IMG/VR virus record: IMGVR_UViG_3300045988_173642
Coordinates: 32,001 to 96,000 of that record
Source: a virus
Strand: one strand, 5' to 3'
Length of the DNA stretch: 64,000 nt
This document shows, in pieces, positions 61,164 to 64,000 of this stretch (positions are counted from its first letter, which is position 1; each line of letters opens with the position of its first letter). The notes beneath the pieces were generated by a model. It did not search any database. It was not told the origin of the DNA and was given only the letters and a program-made list of their open reading frames with translations. The position numbers and the translations under genes are program-made.

Positions 61164-63947
61164 TTAAAGGATGAAGGGAAAAGCGACGACAGGACGAACC
61201 ACAAACCCGCTGTACTTATAGCTGTTGTAGACGTTGCCATCGCCGAAGTAGCTGCGCCAACTGTAGTAGCGGTCATACTCCGTGGCGCTCCATCGGTGGG
61301 CCTGACGAGGATTGCGCACCGGACAGCCCAGATTGGCGTCTTTCGCGCGTTTCTGCAAGTTTGCATAGAAAGGGCGGCGAGCATCCGTCGGCTCATGCGG
61401 TCGCAGTTCGTTGCCTTCGTCGGAAAAATCCGCCGTTGGCGTACCAGTGTCAGATGGCGTCAGCGCACGGCTATTGCGGAAGAAAATATACAGACGGAAC
61501 ATATCACCGCTGCCATGCAGATACCATTTCCCTTTTTCAAACCACGGCGAAAGGCCGTCAATGGGCTTGCCGCCATTGCTCGGCTCGAACAGGGAACAAG
61601 CGTAGGCGGCAGGATAGGCTAACTGACGCCATCGTTTGTCGCCGCCGATATTTCCAAGCGCCACGCAGAGATCGGCCAGCTCTTCCATCGTTTCTGGAAT
61701 GATATGGTCGCGTACTGCGGGAAGGTAGTCGAAGATGGTGTGACCATCGCTATCTGTCAACAGTCCTTCCCCGACATATTGTGTCAGAATACGATTGGCA
61801 TGTGCCACGATTGAGGCGGTGTCCTTTTTGCCATCCCATCTGTTGGGCGCAGTATTACCTTCATAGACCTTGAATCCGTCACTTTCGTTATCATCATAAG
61901 CCTGCAAGTCTTTGATGTAATACGTTTTTTCGCCTTTTTCGTCCACCATACCAACATCTGTACAATCATTACAAGCGGGGATATTCGTCAAATCGTCATC
62001 AGAGACGGATAATGCTTCAGCAATCACCTTGCGTTCGTCGGGTGTAAATCCCAATTCACCAGTGCCTTGCGGATAAATACCCCATGAAAACTCACTGATG
62101 GAGTTAGCCTTATCTGAGGACGTAATGGTCAGTTCTTCCACGTTTTCGATCAACACTTCATACAGTGTTTTGCCCGAATTATATTGCGCCGAGATTTCTT
62201 CATCCTGCAAATATTCGTTCAAAAGATTCGTTGGTAGGTCGGCATAAGGCGTCACCTTATATACCCAGCCAATAACCTTTTTACCCGGATATAACACGGA
62301 ATCAAACTCACCATTATAGTAAGCGAAATCGCCTAATTTCGGAATGCGGTTGAAAAGTTTCAACACCACTGATGTGCTAAGCGATTTTCCTCCAATCAAG
62401 GTAGCTGTAACAGTCAACGTCGCAGTTGGGTTATTACTTTCCTCGCCGACCGATGGCGCATGCAACACGCCAGTCTCTGCATCCACCGTCACATTAAAAT
62501 CATTCTCAGAGATAGACCACCTTAAATCCGTGAAGTTGTTGGCCATCGTTGGCAACACGGAACATTGGTAAGGATAATCTCCTGGTTCGGCAATAACAAA
62601 GCGTTGCGTAATGATATTCAAGCCTGTCACGCTGCGCAAAGAATAAGTGATATACAAATCATTATTCTCAGAGTCGATTTCGCCGAACTTGCGCAACAAG
62701 GCGAGTTTCAATTCTGCATCCACATTCTGCCCTTCTGTCACGGCAATTCGTCCATACAAAGAGCAATATAGAATCCCAGTTATATAGAATAATACGCTTG
62801 GCGCAACATCTGTCCAATCAATTCCATCTATGCGCAACGTGCTCAACTTTGCGCCAGCCTCACTACATCCACGCACCAAAGAGCGCGTGTCAAAACCGCA
62901 ATTGAGGGCGGTGATCGAAGTTAAACGAGCGTAGCCATCCAGCGTGAGCGTCTGTAACTGCGGCATATCGCGCACTTCAAGTTGTGAGAGCTCCGCACCG
63001 AAGCGAGCCACGGTAAGTTGTGGTGAGGACGGCATACGCACCTGCCCGTATTTCGTTCCGCGAAGGTCGAGTGTTTGCAGTCGTGAAGCCTTAGAGAGGT
63101 TGAATGTTCCGCTGGATGTGCTAACACCATTCAGAGACAGACGCTGCAAATTGGCGGCATCTACATCTATCTGCTTCGGCGCAAACGCACTGCTACCTGC
63201 TTTAGGCTCAGCAATAAACTCCGTCATTCGGCGTCCCTGAATGGTGAAGTTATTATTGCCAACCACCATGTTACCCACGTTACCGATGGAACGATAATAG
63301 TTAGTGGCAGCAAGTCCGACTGATGAGTCGCCAGGAATCGGTGTGGAAGCAGGATTTACTGTGAAGGCATAGTGTCGCCCCGGTATCATGCGGAAATGCG
63401 GGTTGATGAGCGCACGGTCGCGCACGCCACAGGGATAGAGGTACTGATGAGGAACAAGGTCAAATGTGTATTCGCCTCCCGTGCGCCCAGAACCAGGCGT
63501 GAACTGCAAACCAGCGCTGGCGTCCACCAATCCAGTAGAACCAGTGTTCACACCACTTGAGAAGTCACCCCATGCCGCATACGAACAGACAAGAGCCAGT
63601 CGGCGTGTCATATACTGAATCTCGCTCTCCAACTGGTCGCCAATGCCCTGCGTGACGGCGAGAATACCACGCGCCTGGTTGCCGTAACTCTCATAGCCCC
63701 ACGATGCGGGCCAGTCGTATCGGATGCGCTGCTGTTCCGCCCATGCTACCTCGGCAAAGTACTTTTGAACTGAGAAGAAATACTTGTGTATACAACCGTA
63801 TGGCGTTTGGCGTTGTGTCGTTGTAAGGCCGTCTATATTCTCATTCGCCCCAACCAACGTACACATGGCCGTCAACACTTCACGCATATTGGCCGGCAAT
63901 GCCGTTTGGTCGAGCGTTTCCCATGCCGCCTCCATGACATTGAACAA
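61164..63947 (-). CDS. DGR target protein, probable receptor-binding tail fibre (LRR-like repeats, Ig-like segment, C-terminal variable lectin-fold-type domain)
   Basis: 927 aa. LRR-like LQRLSLNGV...LQTLDLRGT...LSQLEVRDMPQLQTLTLDG...LSTLRIDG. Ig-like TVDAETGVLHAP...LTVTATLIGGKS. VR within the last 50 codons. Confidence 0.8.
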   Translation of the reverse strand: MFNVMEAAWETLDQTALPANMREVLTAMCTLVGANENIDGLTTTQRQTPYGCIHKYFFSVQKYFAEVAWAEQQRIRYDWPASWGYESYGNQARGILAVTQGIGDQLESEIQYMTRRLALVCSYAAWGDFSSGVNTGSTGLVDASAGLQFTPGSGRTGGEYTFDLVPHQYLYPCGVRDRALINPHFRMIPGRHYAFTVNPASTPIPGDSSVGLAATNYYRSIGNVGNMVVGNNNFTIQGRRMTEFIAEPKAGSSAFAPKQIDVDAANLQRLSLNGVSTSSGTFNLSKASRLQTLDLRGTKYGQVRMPSSPQLTVARFGAELSQLEVRDMPQLQTLTLDGYARLTSITALNCGFDTRSLVRGCSEAGAKLSTLRIDGIDWTDVAPSVLFYITGILYCSLYGRIAVTEGQNVDAELKLALLRKFGEIDSENNDLYITYSLRSVTGLNIITQRFVIAEPGDYPYQCSVLPTMANNFTDLRWSISENDFNVTVDAETGVLHAPSVGEESNNPTATLTVTATLIGGKSLSTSVVLKLFNRIPKLGDFAYYNGEFDSVLYPGKKVIGWVYKVTPYADLPTNLLNEYLQDEEISAQYNSGKTLYEVLIENVEELTITSSDKANSISEFSWGIYPQGTGELGFTPDERKVIAEALSVSDDDLTNIPACNDCTDVGMVDEKGEKTYYIKDLQAYDDNESDGFKVYEGNTAPNRWDGKKDTASIVAHANRILTQYVGEGLLTDSDGHTIFDYLPAVRDHIIPETMEELADLCVALGNIGGDKRWRQLAYPAAYACSLFEPSNGGKPIDGLSPWFEKGKWYLHGSGDMFRLYIFFRNSRALTPSDTGTPTADFSDEGNELRPHEPTDARRPFYANLQKRAKDANLGCPVRNPRQAHRWSATEYDRYYSWRSYFGDGNVYNSYKYSGFVVRPVVAFPFIL
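61179..61305 (-). repeat. DGR variable repeat (VR) at the 3' end of the target gene
   Basis: See TR. Encodes ...HRWSATEYDRYYSWRSYFGDGNVYNSYKYSGFVVRPVVAF versus the TR-encoded ...NRWSATEYNRNNSWNSNFGNGNINNNNKYNGFVVRPVVAF. Confidence 0.9.
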
Positions 63948-64000
63948 AGCCGATGCCGTGCCTTCATAGTCCTTCTGCTTTTTCAGTCCGTCCTTCGTGT

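Larger units (their letters stand above)
1..64000. mobile_element. tailed-phage genome segment with plasmid-type maintenance module (candidate phage-plasmid, Bacteroidota-like host)
   Basis: TerL, tape measure, collagen-like fibre, holin-like and DGR fibre genes occur together with Rep+iterons+ParA. TAnnTTTG promoters and lipobox signals are present. No integrase ORF was recognised in the window. Confidence 0.6.

Noticed and set aside
1-64000. Stop-codon reassignment, as reported for some Bacteroidota phages
   Set aside because: Very long ORFs (1862, 1224, 1175 and 927 aa) are intact under the standard code. No fragmented gene pattern or suppressor tRNA was seen.
1-64000. Integrase, excisionase or att junctions
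   Set aside because: No tyrosine or serine recombinase motif set was recognised in any ORF and no host-like flank is visible. Absence within the window only; they may lie outside.

Overview
The window reads as most of a tailed-phage genome from a probable Bacteroidota host. The host call is inference only, from TAnnTTTG -7 boxes about 10-30 nt upstream of many starts, A-rich leaders without Shine-Dalgarno sequences, lipobox signal peptides and a fimbrillin-like lipoprotein. Recognisable phage functions are a large terminase, a 1862-aa tape measure, a collagen-like tail fibre, holin-like membrane proteins, a PAPS-reductase-like gene with two DNA methyltransferases, and a replication module (sliding clamp, SSB-like protein, 1224-aa primase-helicase, DEDD exonuclease, NAD-ligase-like protein). 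A plasmid-type maintenance block is also present: an initiator next to 4+4 inverted 22-bp iterons, plus ParA and a ribbon-helix-helix partner. No integrase was seen, so a phage-plasmid lifestyle is plausible. The clearest system is a complete diversity-generating retroelement on the minus strand (target with VR, Avd-like ORF, TR, RT). TR and VR are 127 bp with 13 differences, all at TR adenines. Two extra ORFs are translationally coupled to the RT, and one resembles MutS mismatch-binding domain I. Unexplained structure includes four roughly 50-nt tRNA-like T-arm/acceptor elements after minus-strand genes, a 0.9-kb non-coding stretch with three promoter-hairpin-terminator units, a hairpin family with a conserved GNRA-capped apex, several repeat arrays, and a block of small genes sharing an upstream CCCCTATTATAGA motif. 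All calls rest on motifs read from the translations and the sequence. No database search was run, and most small ORFs remain hypothetical.
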